DNA from: Dehalococcoidia bacterium
GTDB taxonomy: Bacteria > Chloroflexota > Dehalococcoidia > Lucifugimonadales > UBA2985
Length of the DNA: 64,000 bases
Reading direction: 5' to 3'
NCBI GenBank assembly: GCA_034421435.1
Contig: DAOUKJ010000027.1
Coordinates: forward strand, 7,298-71,297
Positions within the stretch are counted from its first letter, which is position 1. Every line of letters begins with the position of its first letter. Positions 22,653-31,141 of the stretch are shown here, piece after piece. A program made the translations under genes and the position numbers. A model generated the notes under the pieces. That model saw only the letters and a list, made by a program, of their open reading frames with translations. It was not told the DNA's origin and searched no databases.

Positions 22653-25456
22653 TGCGAAATTGCTTGCGGCAGTTCCCGCAGCGTTCCTTTCATGGTGGTG
22701 CAGTTGGGCAGCGATTCCTGGAATGCGCGGCCGTAGGGCCTCGACCAGACGCGGCTATCGAGCACGATGACCACGCCGCGGTCTTCTTCACCCCGTATGA
22801 GGCGGCCGAAGCCCTGCCGGAATCGCAGCACGGCCTGGGGCACGGCATACTGGTTGAACGCGTCCTCGAACATCTCCGAGCGCGCAGCGAAGACCGGGTC
22901 GGTGGGCACGTTGAACGGCAGCCTCGCAACCACGAGCGCCTTGAGCGCCCCGCCGGAGATGTCCACACCCTCCCAGAAGCTGGCCGTTCCCAGCAGAACG
23001 GACTCCGGGTTCTGCAGGAATGAGTCCATCAGGCTGCGCGGCGTTCCATCGACGCCCTGCGCCAGCGTCCTTATGCCCGCGCCCTCAAGCTCGCTTCGAA
23101 TCCCGGTGCGTGTGGCCTGCAGGGCTGCGTGGGACGTGAACAGCCCCAGCGTGCGTCCTCCCGCGGCCCGGCCCACGTCCACGATGGCCTGCTGAACGGC
23201 TGCCTGGTAGCCGCGCGTGCCGGGGAGCGGCATATCGTTGGGCAGGCACAGCAGGACGGCGCGCTGGTAATCGAATGGCGAGTCCACGAGCAGCTCCTCC
23301 GCGTCCTCAATGCCAAGCCTCTCCTTGACGTAGGCAAAGCTGCCTCTCGTTGCGAGCGTCGCGCTGGTGAGCACCACTGCGCTCTTTTGCGAGAAGAGGC
23401 CGTCCGCAAGGATGCCGCCCACGTTGAGCGGCGCGGCCTGCAGCGTAAGCTCACCACTGCGTCCCTCCTGCGTCATCCAGTAGACCCTGTCGTCCTCCGG
23501 CGACGCCACAAACTCCCTGAACTGGCGCCTGATGTCAGCGGCCAGGTTGAGGCATGCGGTGGCCTCGGCGAAGAGGGAGTCGTAGCCCGCCAGGTTGTCG
23601 CCGTCCTGCGTGTCGAGCGCGTGCAGCAGACGCTCCAGGTTGCGAGCGACCTGGGTCAGCGCATCGTCCGCACTCTCCCAGACAACCTCCACGTCCGACC
23701 AGCCGGGTTGCGCCCGAGTGCTCCTAGTCACGCGAAGGAGCAGGTTGCGTGCGTCACCCTCGTCGTGGTGGCCTGCCAGAAAGCCGATCAGGGCCGTCCA
23801 AAGCTCGGACACGCGCTGCCGTGCGACCGGCAGTATGGTCTCGCCGTCCTCCACCAGCGGTTCCAGCACGCCTGCCATCGGCGTGGCGAGAAGCTGACCC
23901 ATCAAGAACCTGGCCTCACCGTACACGCCTCGGCTGCCCTCTAGGCGATCCGCCCAGGAGTCGAAATCATCTTGCGAGAGCTTTGCGCCGAACTGGCTGG
24001 TGGCCTCCTCCTCAAGGCGGTGCGCCTCGTCCACGATGAGGTGGTCGTAGTGGGGAATGATCCCGCCTCCCTCCGCAAGGTCTCGCATCAGCAGGGCGTG
24101 GTTCACCACGACCACGTGCGCGTCCTCCGCGCGATCGCGTGCGGTGCGGAGGAAGCAGGCTTCACGCGTGCGCGGCGGGCAGTCGATCGCGTCCGCCGAG
24201 GACATGCGACTCCACACCTGCATGTCCCTGGCCGGCAGCCCCATCTCGCCGCGGTCGCCGCTTGCTGTGTCCTGGAGCCACACCATGATCTTCGACGCCA
24301 CGCGCGCCTCATCCGCAGTCACGCCTTCCTCTTGCACCATCTGCCGCCAGCGCCGCAGGCAAAGGTAGTTGTCGCGCCCCTTGAGCAGCGAGAACCGTAC
24401 GCCCTCGAAATCGGGGGAGACCTTACTGAGCGCGCTCGCCAGGGTGGGCAGGTCCTTGGCCATGAGCTGATCCTGGAGATTGATGGTGTTAGAAGAGACA
24501 ACCACGCGCTCGCCCCTCTCCAGAGCGAACAGCATGGCGGGGAGCAGGTAGGCAAGCGACTTGCCAACGCCTGTCCCACCCTCCACGACCAGGTGCGTCT
24601 CGTTCCTGAGCGCCTGCGCCACAGCGAGAGCCATCTGAGTCTGCTGCGGCCTTGGGCGATAGCTTGCCAGCACATCCGAGAGCGGCCCGCCCTCGCGGAA
24701 GAAGCCCTCCACGGCCTCGTCCGTCAGGAGTCGGCCGTCCACGGCAGGGTGATGGTCCGGGGCGCTCTCCAACCGCTTGGCGAGCGCATCGCTGTCCAGT
24801 CCCAGCGGGCCGGCGACCGACACAACAGTCACTTGAGCGCGGTCACGGGCCTGCTCAAGCCGTTGCATCAGCGGCCCGAGACGGCCCCGGGCACGCGCGT
24901 TTAGCCTTGCCAGCTCTGAGAGCAAGCCGGGGTCCATCTGCATGGCTCGCGAGGTCAGCGCATGAAATACCTGCGCCGTCACCTCAGCGTCATCGAGGGC
25001 GCGGTGCGGGTTTGCGTGCTTGATGCCAAGTGTGGACGTGAGGTAGGCCAGAGAGTACTCCCGGAGCCGCGGTAGAAGGATCGCGGCAATCTCCCGCGTG
25101 TCGTATACAGGGCCGGTTGTCGTGATGCCTTTCTTCGCCAGAAACCCAAGGTCGAAGTCCACGTTCTGACCTACGATGGGGCTGTCGCCGATGAAGGCCT
25201 TGAGTCCTGGCGCAACCTCCGAGAACTGCGGCGCTGAGTCCACGTCGCCCTGTGTCAGGCCCGTAAGCTCAGTGATGAAGCGAGGCACCGGCCGGTTGGG
25301 GTTAACCCTGGTGTGGAAGGTGTCCAGGATGCGGTCGTCCTGGAACCTGACGGCTCCCACTTCGATGATCTCATCGGAGTCCTGCAGGAGCCCGGTGGTC
25401 TCCAGGTCGAGTGCGACACACCGCTCGCCGGTGATGGTTGCCGGTTCAAAGGTCAT
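22631..25456 (-). CDS. dinG: bifunctional 3'-5' exonuclease (DnaQ-like) / ATP-dependent helicase DinG
   Basis: N-terminal VALDLETTGL...HRALDDA exonuclease motifs. Helicase motifs GTGVGKS and VDEAHRLEE. 941 aa. Confidence 0.9.
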   Translation of the reverse strand: MTFEPATITGERCVALDLETTGLLQDSDEIIEVGAVRFQDDRILDTFHTRVNPNRPVPRFITELTGLTQGDVDSAPQFSEVAPGLKAFIGDSPIVGQNVDFDLGFLAKKGITTTGPVYDTREIAAILLPRLREYSLAYLTSTLGIKHANPHRALDDAEVTAQVFHALTSRAMQMDPGLLSELARLNARARGRLGPLMQRLEQARDRAQVTVVSVAGPLGLDSDALAKRLESAPDHHPAVDGRLLTDEAVEGFFREGGPLSDVLASYRPRPQQTQMALAVAQALRNETHLVVEGGTGVGKSLAYLLPAMLFALERGERVVVSSNTINLQDQLMAKDLPTLASALSKVSPDFEGVRFSLLKGRDNYLCLRRWRQMVQEEGVTADEARVASKIMVWLQDTASGDRGEMGLPARDMQVWSRMSSADAIDCPPRTREACFLRTARDRAEDAHVVVVNHALLMRDLAEGGGIIPHYDHLIVDEAHRLEEEATSQFGAKLSQDDFDSWADRLEGSRGVYGEARFLMGQLLATPMAGVLEPLVEDGETILPVARQRVSELWTALIGFLAGHHDEGDARNLLLRVTRSTRAQPGWSDVEVVWESADDALTQVARNLERLLHALDTQDGDNLAGYDSLFAEATACLNLAADIRRQFREFVASPEDDRVYWMTQEGRSGELTLQAAPLNVGGILADGLFSQKSAVVLTSATLATRGSFAYVKERLGIEDAEELLVDSPFDYQRAVLLCLPNDMPLPGTRGYQAAVQQAIVDVGRAAGGRTLGLFTSHAALQATRTGIRSELEGAGIRTLAQGVDGTPRSLMDSFLQNPESVLLGTASFWEGVDISGGALKALVVARLPFNVPTDPVFAARSEMFEDAFNQYAVPQAVLRFRQGFGRLIRGEEDRGVVIVLDSRVWSRPYGRAFQESLPNCTTMKGTLRELPQAISQWIAKSH

Positions 25457-25511
25457 GCGAGGTCTCGTCGCGAAGGGCGGCAGGTCTGAGTGAGCGATAT
25501 GGCATGCCGAG

Positions 25512-25517
25512 ATTCTA
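25512..25517 (-). promoter_or_regulatory. -10 box upstream of dinG
   Basis: The minus strand reads TAGAAT-ctcggc-ATGCC, nearly the same -10-to-ATG module as uvrC (TAGAAT-tcgggc-ATGCC). Confidence 0.35.
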
Positions 25518-25560
25518 TCTGTCTCAGGGCGGGAGGGTCAACAGAGCGAGGGCGCTATCC

Positions 25561-26421
25561 CTATGAAGCGTCCAGGGGGCCGGTCGTCGTCGCCGCATAG
25601 GCGCGATGGCCGGCGTCGCGAAGGCGGCGGGCAAGCTCGGCCGCCTCATCCGCGGAGGCCACGAACGTGAACATCGCCGGGCCGCTGCCGGTCAGCCGCA
25701 CCCACGGCGCGCCCGCCTCCAGCATGGCGCGGAGGCCTTCGTCGATGGCGGGGTGCATGTCGAATGCCGCGATCTCAAACACGTTGAACAGCGCGTCCGG
25801 GTCGGGACGCTCTCCGCGCTCCAAGCTGGACCGCAGCCGCGCCGACCGCTCGCCGCCGGTGTAGCTCTCAGGGGTGAGACGCGAGTACATGTAGCCAGTC
25901 TTGTTCGGGATCTCCACCTGCGGAGCGAGCAGTACCAGGTGCGTAGTTGGGAGGGCGGGCAGGGGGGTGATCACGTCGCCGCGGCCCTCCGCGATGGCTG
26001 TACCCCCGGACAGAAAGAACGATACGTCGGAGCCAAGCGCGGCCGCCAGCGGTTGCAGGTCGGGAACGGCCTGCTCCAGGCCCCACAGGCGGCGCAGACC
26101 GGCGAGCGCGGCCGCGGCGTCGCTGCTGCCGCCGCCAAGTCCCGCGGCAACCGGAATCGACTTACTCAGGTGAGCCTCCACGCCGCCATCGAAGCCGGAG
26201 TGTTCCCGCAGCAGGTGCGCCGCTCTCAGAACCAGGTTGTCGGGCGTCTCCAGCGCGGGGTCGCTGCACGTCAGGCTGATCCCCTCCGACGCCTCGAGAG
26301 TCACCTCGTCGCACAGGTCGATGGTCTGCATCACGGTGACCACCTCGTGATAGCCGTCCGCGCGCTTGCCCAGCGCCTCCAGCGTCAGGTTGATCTTGGC
26401 GCGGGCGCGTATGGTCAGCAC
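25561..26421 (-). CDS. ispE: 4-diphosphocytidyl-2-C-methyl-D-erythritol kinase
   Basis: KINLTLEALGKRADGYHEV and PVAAGLGGGSSDAAAAL (GHMP kinase). I prefer GTG 26421, which overlaps the rsmA stop (GTGCTGA). The ORF-track start is 26460. Confidence 0.9.
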   Translation of the reverse strand: MLTIRARAKINLTLEALGKRADGYHEVVTVMQTIDLCDEVTLEASEGISLTCSDPALETPDNLVLRAAHLLREHSGFDGGVEAHLSKSIPVAAGLGGGSSDAAAALAGLRRLWGLEQAVPDLQPLAAALGSDVSFFLSGGTAIAEGRGDVITPLPALPTTHLVLLAPQVEIPNKTGYMYSRLTPESYTGGERSARLRSSLERGERPDPDALFNVFEIAAFDMHPAIDEGLRAMLEAGAPWVRLTGSGPAMFTFVASADEAAELARRLRDAGHRAYAATTTGPLDAS

Positions 26422-27266
26422 AGGCCCCGGCTCCTGAAGGCATTGTACAGCCAGCCCCACTCAGGCAGGCCCAATGCCTCCGCTCGCAGCCTGTGGTCGA
26501 CGCCCGCGTCCGCCATGATTCCCTCCACGTCGGCACCCGACAGGTCCAGCGAGTGGCCGATGGAGTTTCGAAGCTGCTTGCGCGCGCCTCCAAAGCCGGC
26601 GTGCACCAGCCGGAAGAAGGCCGCGGTGTCATCGAGGGCTAGAGCAGGTTCGTCGAGCACGTCCACCCGCACGATGGCGGACGTCACCTTGGGAGGCGGC
26701 CGGAATGAACCGGGCCTGATGTATCCGACGATGCGCGGCGTCCCGTAGAGCTGCGTGGCCACTGATAGAGTGCGCATTCGACCGGGTCGCGCGGCCATGG
26801 ACTGGCCCACCTCACGCTGGACAGTCACCACCATGCGCTGCGGCGGCCTGGAGCACTCCAGGAACCGCCGGACGATGGGCGCGGCTGCGTAGTAGGGGAG
26901 ATTGGCGACCAGCTTGTACGGCTCGCCCAGGTCTGCCGGGTCCCACTCGCGCGCGTCACCGTGGATGACCTCCAGGTTGGCGGGGTCTCCAATCTCGCTG
27001 CTGAGGCGAGCGGCCAGCCCGCCGTCCATCTCCACGGCGACCACCCTGGCAGCTCTCTCGCAGAGGAGTCGCGTGAGGAGGCCGGTGCCCGGTCCGACCT
27101 CGACGACGACGTCCGCAGGCTCCAGCTCGGCCGCATCCACAATGCGCCTGAGCGCGCCGCGGTCGACCAGGAAGTGCTGGCCTAACGACTTGCGCGCGAC
27201 GACCGAGGGCTGCTCCGATTCGGAGGCGTTTGCTGAGAGTCGGGGGCTGTGCGCCTCGCGTTGCAT
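26415..27266 (-). CDS. rsmA: 16S rRNA (adenine1518/1519-N6)-dimethyltransferase
   Basis: SLGQHFLVD and VVEVGPGTGLLT SAM-binding motifs. Start moved to ATG 27266, because the ORF-track GTG 27287 lies inside the SRP RNA. Confidence 0.9.
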   Translation of the reverse strand: MQREAHSPRLSANASESEQPSVVARKSLGQHFLVDRGALRRIVDAAELEPADVVVEVGPGTGLLTRLLCERAARVVAVEMDGGLAARLSSEIGDPANLEVIHGDAREWDPADLGEPYKLVANLPYYAAAPIVRRFLECSRPPQRMVVTVQREVGQSMAARPGRMRTLSVATQLYGTPRIVGYIRPGSFRPPPKVTSAIVRVDVLDEPALALDDTAAFFRLVHAGFGGARKQLRNSIGHSLDLSGADVEGIMADAGVDHRLRAEALGLPEWGWLYNAFRSRGLC

Positions 27267-27277
27267 GGCAGGAAACG

Positions 27278-27546
27278 GGCCGTGCACCCTCCTTCGATCC
27301 GGAATCCAGGGCGTGTCCCCGCGGGGGACTCAAGCCAGGATTCCCTGGAGCACCCAGAGGATTCCGCTTACCGCTGCTTCCTTCCGGACCTGACGGGGTT
27401 CACGGGCCTCCGCCGCCCAGGACCCAGCTCTCCGCATCCGCCCGTGAGGATAGAGGTCTTGGACACAGACCTGGGGAGGGAGTTCCACCCCGCTATAGCG
27501 GGTTGCGGGTTCAGGGCACCGCTAGCTCCCCGTGTAGCACGGCCTC
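27278..27546 (-). ncRNA. ffs: signal recognition particle RNA, large (Bacillus-type, Alu-domain-containing) form
   Basis: The minus strand contains the domain IV core GUCAGGUCCGGAAGGAAGCAGC. It has an Alu-domain 5' part GCCGUGCUACACGGGGAGCUAGCGGUGCCCUGAACCCGCAACCCGCUAUAGC resembling B. subtilis scRNA. The 5' GGCCGUGC pairs with the 3' GCACGGCC. About 267 nt. Confidence 0.88.
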
Positions 27547-27552
27547 AGAATA

Positions 27553-27581
27553 ATCGTAGGGCAGAGGAAGGCCGGTGTCAA
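27553..27581 (-). promoter_or_regulatory. sigma70-like promoter of ffs
   Basis: The minus strand reads TTGACA, 17-nt spacer, TACGAT. The predicted TSS is about 7 nt downstream, at the 5' GAGGCCGUGC of the RNA. Confidence 0.6.
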
Positions 27582-27596
27582 CTTGGCCCTTTCGGG

Positions 27597-28133
27597 CTAC
27601 GGCACCTCGAAACCGAATACCAGCTCGTCGCCATCTCGAGGCACGTAGGTGGCTATCTCCGACATGGCTATGCCGTTCACGCGAAGGAACAGCTGCCCCG
27701 GCGTGCCGTTCGGGCATTCGTCGCCGTTGGTGTAGCTCTCGCCGGATGGAAGCTCGATTGTGTCGTTCGTGAGCCGCGAGCCGGTGCTAGCCAGATACCT
27801 GGCCAGGTTGGCGTTGCGCCCTGCCTCGCCCAGGCGCAGGGCATGGACGTGAAATAGACCGTCGCCGTGGGTGTGTACCTCGCCGGGGGAGGCCGGAAAT
27901 GCCTCAACTGTCTCGCCGCAAATGGAGATGGTGTAACGGGAGTGCCAGTGGTCGCCGACGCCCGGGTAGCGGCCGCCGCTTCCGGTGTTTCCTGTGGTGA
28001 TCATCAGGAAAACCAGCACCGCCACGAAACCCAGAAGCACCCCGCCCAGCATGAGCCAGCTGCGCGGCGTGAGTTTGCGGGTACGCCGCTCGCTTCGGCG
28101 GCGCTCCATTCTGTCCCGGTTTCTAATTGCCAT
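27597..28133 (-). CDS. membrane-anchored hypothetical protein with His-rich motifs
   Basis: Basic N-terminus and one TM (WLMLGGVLLGFVAVLVFLMI). The extracytoplasmic domain has DHWHSRY, HTHGDGLFHVH and a Cys pair. ATG 28133 is preferred on the basis of the promoter position. Confidence 0.6.
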   Translation of the reverse strand: MAIRNRDRMERRRSERRTRKLTPRSWLMLGGVLLGFVAVLVFLMITTGNTGSGGRYPGVGDHWHSRYTISICGETVEAFPASPGEVHTHGDGLFHVHALRLGEAGRNANLARYLASTGSRLTNDTIELPSGESYTNGDECPNGTPGQLFLRVNGIAMSEIATYVPRDGDELVFGFEVP

Positions 28134-28147
28134 GACGAATCCCGAAT

Positions 28148-28156
28148 ATTGTAGCA
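28148..28156 (-). promoter_or_regulatory. extended -10 promoter of the 27597-28133 gene
   Basis: The minus strand reads TGCTACAAT, 14 nt upstream of ATG 28133, giving a very short leader. Confidence 0.45.
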
Positions 28157-28208
28157 CAGCGGCAAAAGGTGCGCGAGTCGTGAGTTAGCCCTGTGGCGCG
28201 CCATCATG

Positions 28209-28214
28209 TATAAT
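28209..28214 (+). promoter_or_regulatory. -10 box upstream of the FAD/Fe-S oxidoreductase gene
   Basis: A perfect TATAAT, 54 nt upstream of ATG 28268. The -35 is weak. Confidence 0.35.
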
Positions 28215-28267
28215 CATGGCAGCCGGAGGCAAGGCCTCCCATTGACTACACCCACGGAGAGAGTCCT

Positions 28268-31141
28268 ATGCAGACTGGGCAGCTGGAACACGAGCTAAAG
28301 CAGACATTGGAGGGCGAGGTACGCTTTGACCCGTACTCCCGTGCGATGTACAGCACGGACGCCAGCATCTACCAGATTGAGCCGATTGGCGTGGTGATTC
28401 CCCGCAGCCGCGAGGACGTTATAGCGGCGGTGGAGCTGGCGAGCAAGTACGGCGTACCGGTGCTGCCCCGGGGCGGCGGCACAAGCCTGGCGGGCCAGAC
28501 CGTCGGGCACGCAATCATCCTGGACATGTCAAAGTACATGAACCGCGTGCTGGAGGTGAACACTGAGGAGCGATGGGCGCGCGTTCAGCCCGGCATCGTG
28601 CTGGAGCGACTCAACCACGAGATTCGGAACACAGGGCTGTTCTTCACGCCCGACCCGGCCACGTCCAACCGCTCCAACGTGGGCGGCGCGATTGGCAACA
28701 ACTCGTGCGGGTCGCACTCGATCGTGTACGGAAAGACCATAGACCACATCATCGAGGTGGATACCGTCCTGTCCAACGGGGAGACCGCGAGGTTGGGGCC
28801 GCTCACGCCATCGCAGTTGGAGACTCGGCTGCACGGCGAGGGACTGGAGGGCGAGATCTACCGCCGCGTGCGGGACATCGCCCGTGCAAATGCCCCTGAG
28901 GTCGACCGGCGCTTCCCGAAGGTCATGCGCCGCGTGGGGGGCTACAACCTGGACGAGATCATGGACGACGACGGCTTCAACATGGCCAAGATGATCGTCG
29001 GTTCGGAGGGCACGCTGGCCACCATAACGGAGGTCAAGGTCAACCTGGAGCCGCGCCCGGCGGCCACCGCTCTCATGGCCGTCCACTTCAGCGGCCTGAT
29101 AGAGGCGATGGAGGCCACGGTTGCCACCCTGGAGTTTCGACCGGCCGCCGTGGAGCTGGTGGGCCGCGTGATCATTCAGCAGATCAACGCTTCGCTGGGC
29201 TACCGGCGCCGCAGCGGCTTCATCGAGGGCGATCCGCACTCCATCCTGCTGGTCGAGACCGCAGGCGACACCGAGGCCGAGGTTGGCGCCCGGCTGGAGG
29301 AGATCGAGCGGAGCCTGCGCCGCAGCGGCAGGGGATACGCATTCATCAAGATGTTCGACAGGGCAGAGCAGGCCAACGTGTGGGAGGTTCGCAAGGCGGG
29401 CATAGGCCTGATGATGGGCGTCAAGAGCGCGGCCAAACCCATCCCGTTCATCGAGGACTGCGCCGTTGAAACGGACAGGCTGCCGGAGTACATCCAGCGC
29501 GTTGACGACCTGATTCGCGAGAACGGCACGGAAGCCGCGTACTACGGCCACGCGAGCGTCGGGTGCATCCACGTGCGGCCGTTCATCGACCTCAAGGAGG
29601 AGGAGGACGTGGAGCGGATGTACCGCATCTCCCGCGGCGCCTGCGACCTGGTGACGGAGATGGGCGGCGCCATGAGCGGCGAGCACGGCGACGGCCTGGT
29701 GCGCAGCATGTGGAACGAGCGAGTGTTCGGCACCACGCTCTACAACGCATTCCGCGAGGTCAAGCACGCCTTCGACCCCAAGGGCATCATGAACCCCGGC
29801 AAGATCGTGGACGCGCCGTCAATGGTTGAGAATCTCCGATACGGCGGGAGCTATCAGAAATTGACGCCGATTACCAAGCTGGACTTCTCCAGCGATGGCG
29901 GGATTCACCAGGCGGTGGAGATGTGCAGCGGCCTTGGCGCGTGCAGGCACACGCTGGGCGGCACAATGTGCCCGTCCTACATGGCGACTAGGGAGGAGGA
30001 GCACTCCACCCGCGGACGCGCCAACGCTCTGCGCGCAGTGCTCTCCGGCATGCTGCCGCCGGAGGAGTTCACGAGTCACAGGATGCAGCAGGTCATGGAC
30101 CTCTGCCTGGAGTGCAAGGCGTGCAAGTCCGAGTGCCCGTCGCAGGTGGACATGGCAAAGCTCAAGTACGAGTTCCTGGACGCCTATCACACCAAGCACG
30201 GCTATCCAATGAGGTCGAAGCTGTTTGCCAACATCGGCTCGCTGAGCAAGCTAGGCAGCGCCTTCGCGCCGCTTTCGAACTGGGGCGCGAGCTTCCCGTT
30301 CACGCGCTGGGTGATGGACCGCTTCATGGACGTGGACCGGCGAAGGCCCCTGCCGGAGTTCGTAAGCCGCACGTTCCCGCGTCAGTTCCGGGGTCGCAGC
30401 GCCGCCTTCGACAGGCCCATACAGGGCCACGTGGTGCTCTTCAACGACACGTTCATGAACTACAACTACCCCGGCATCGGAATGGCTGCCACGCGGCTGC
30501 TGGAGCGGGCCGGATTCTCGGTGTCGCTTGTGGAGCGCAAGTGCTGCGGCCGCCCCATGATCTCCAAGGGGATGCTGGACGCCGCCAAGGCCAACGCACA
30601 GTACAACGTTGACCTGCTGTACCCCTACGTGGAGCAGGGCGCATACGTGGTGGGCTGCGAGCCGAGCTGCCTGCTGACCCTCCGCGACGAGTACCCGGAT
30701 CTCCTGCGCTCGCCGGAAGCCGACCGCGTGGCGGAGAAGTCAATGCTGCTGGAGGAGTTCCTCCACATGCTGCTCAGCGAGGACAGGCTCAACCTGCGGT
30801 TCAGGGAGTCGCCGGGCCGCGCGCTGTACCACACGCACTGTCACTCCCGGTCGCTAGTGGGCACGGAGCCCGGGATGGCCGTGCTGAGTCTGATTCCAGG
30901 GCTGGACGTGCAGGAGAGCGATGCCGGTTGCTGCGGCATGGCGGGCGCGTTCGGCTATGAGAAGGAACACTACGACGTGTCGATGACCATAGGAGGGCAG
31001 CGACTGTTCCCGGCCGTGTCCGCTCTCGGCGAGGGCGGACAGGTGGTGGTGACTGGCATGTCCTGCCGGCAGCAGATACAGCACGGCACGAACCGCGCGC
31101 CCAGGCATCTGGCGGAGGTTCTGGCGGAGGCGCTGGATTGA
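28268..31141 (+). CDS. fused FAD-linked oxidase (GlcD-like) / Fe-S and CCG-domain (GlcF-like) oxidoreductase
   Basis: 957 aa. N-terminal FAD_binding_4-type domain (VLPRGGGTSLAGQ). CLECKACKSECPS ferredoxin-type motif. C-terminal CCGRP and CCGMAG cysteine-rich domains. Confidence 0.85.
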   Translation: MQTGQLEHELKQTLEGEVRFDPYSRAMYSTDASIYQIEPIGVVIPRSREDVIAAVELASKYGVPVLPRGGGTSLAGQTVGHAIILDMSKYMNRVLEVNTEERWARVQPGIVLERLNHEIRNTGLFFTPDPATSNRSNVGGAIGNNSCGSHSIVYGKTIDHIIEVDTVLSNGETARLGPLTPSQLETRLHGEGLEGEIYRRVRDIARANAPEVDRRFPKVMRRVGGYNLDEIMDDDGFNMAKMIVGSEGTLATITEVKVNLEPRPAATALMAVHFSGLIEAMEATVATLEFRPAAVELVGRVIIQQINASLGYRRRSGFIEGDPHSILLVETAGDTEAEVGARLEEIERSLRRSGRGYAFIKMFDRAEQANVWEVRKAGIGLMMGVKSAAKPIPFIEDCAVETDRLPEYIQRVDDLIRENGTEAAYYGHASVGCIHVRPFIDLKEEEDVERMYRISRGACDLVTEMGGAMSGEHGDGLVRSMWNERVFGTTLYNAFREVKHAFDPKGIMNPGKIVDAPSMVENLRYGGSYQKLTPITKLDFSSDGGIHQAVEMCSGLGACRHTLGGTMCPSYMATREEEHSTRGRANALRAVLSGMLPPEEFTSHRMQQVMDLCLECKACKSECPSQVDMAKLKYEFLDAYHTKHGYPMRSKLFANIGSLSKLGSAFAPLSNWGASFPFTRWVMDRFMDVDRRRPLPEFVSRTFPRQFRGRSAAFDRPIQGHVVLFNDTFMNYNYPGIGMAATRLLERAGFSVSLVERKCCGRPMISKGMLDAAKANAQYNVDLLYPYVEQGAYVVGCEPSCLLTLRDEYPDLLRSPEADRVAEKSMLLEEFLHMLLSEDRLNLRFRESPGRALYHTHCHSRSLVGTEPGMAVLSLIPGLDVQESDAGCCGMAGAFGYEKEHYDVSMTIGGQRLFPAVSALGEGGQVVVTGMSCRQQIQHGTNRAPRHLAEVLAEALD

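Noticed and set aside
27285-27340. The minus-strand sequence GGGGACACGCCCUGGAUUCCGGAUCGAAGGAGGGUGCACGGCC superficially resembles a tmRNA 5' end (GGGGCUGAUUCUGGAUUCGACGGG...GGUGCAUGCC).
   Set aside because: A tmRNA starting here would have to run about 350 nt through the rsmA coding sequence. The segment is fully explained as the 3' part and closing helix of the SRP RNA.
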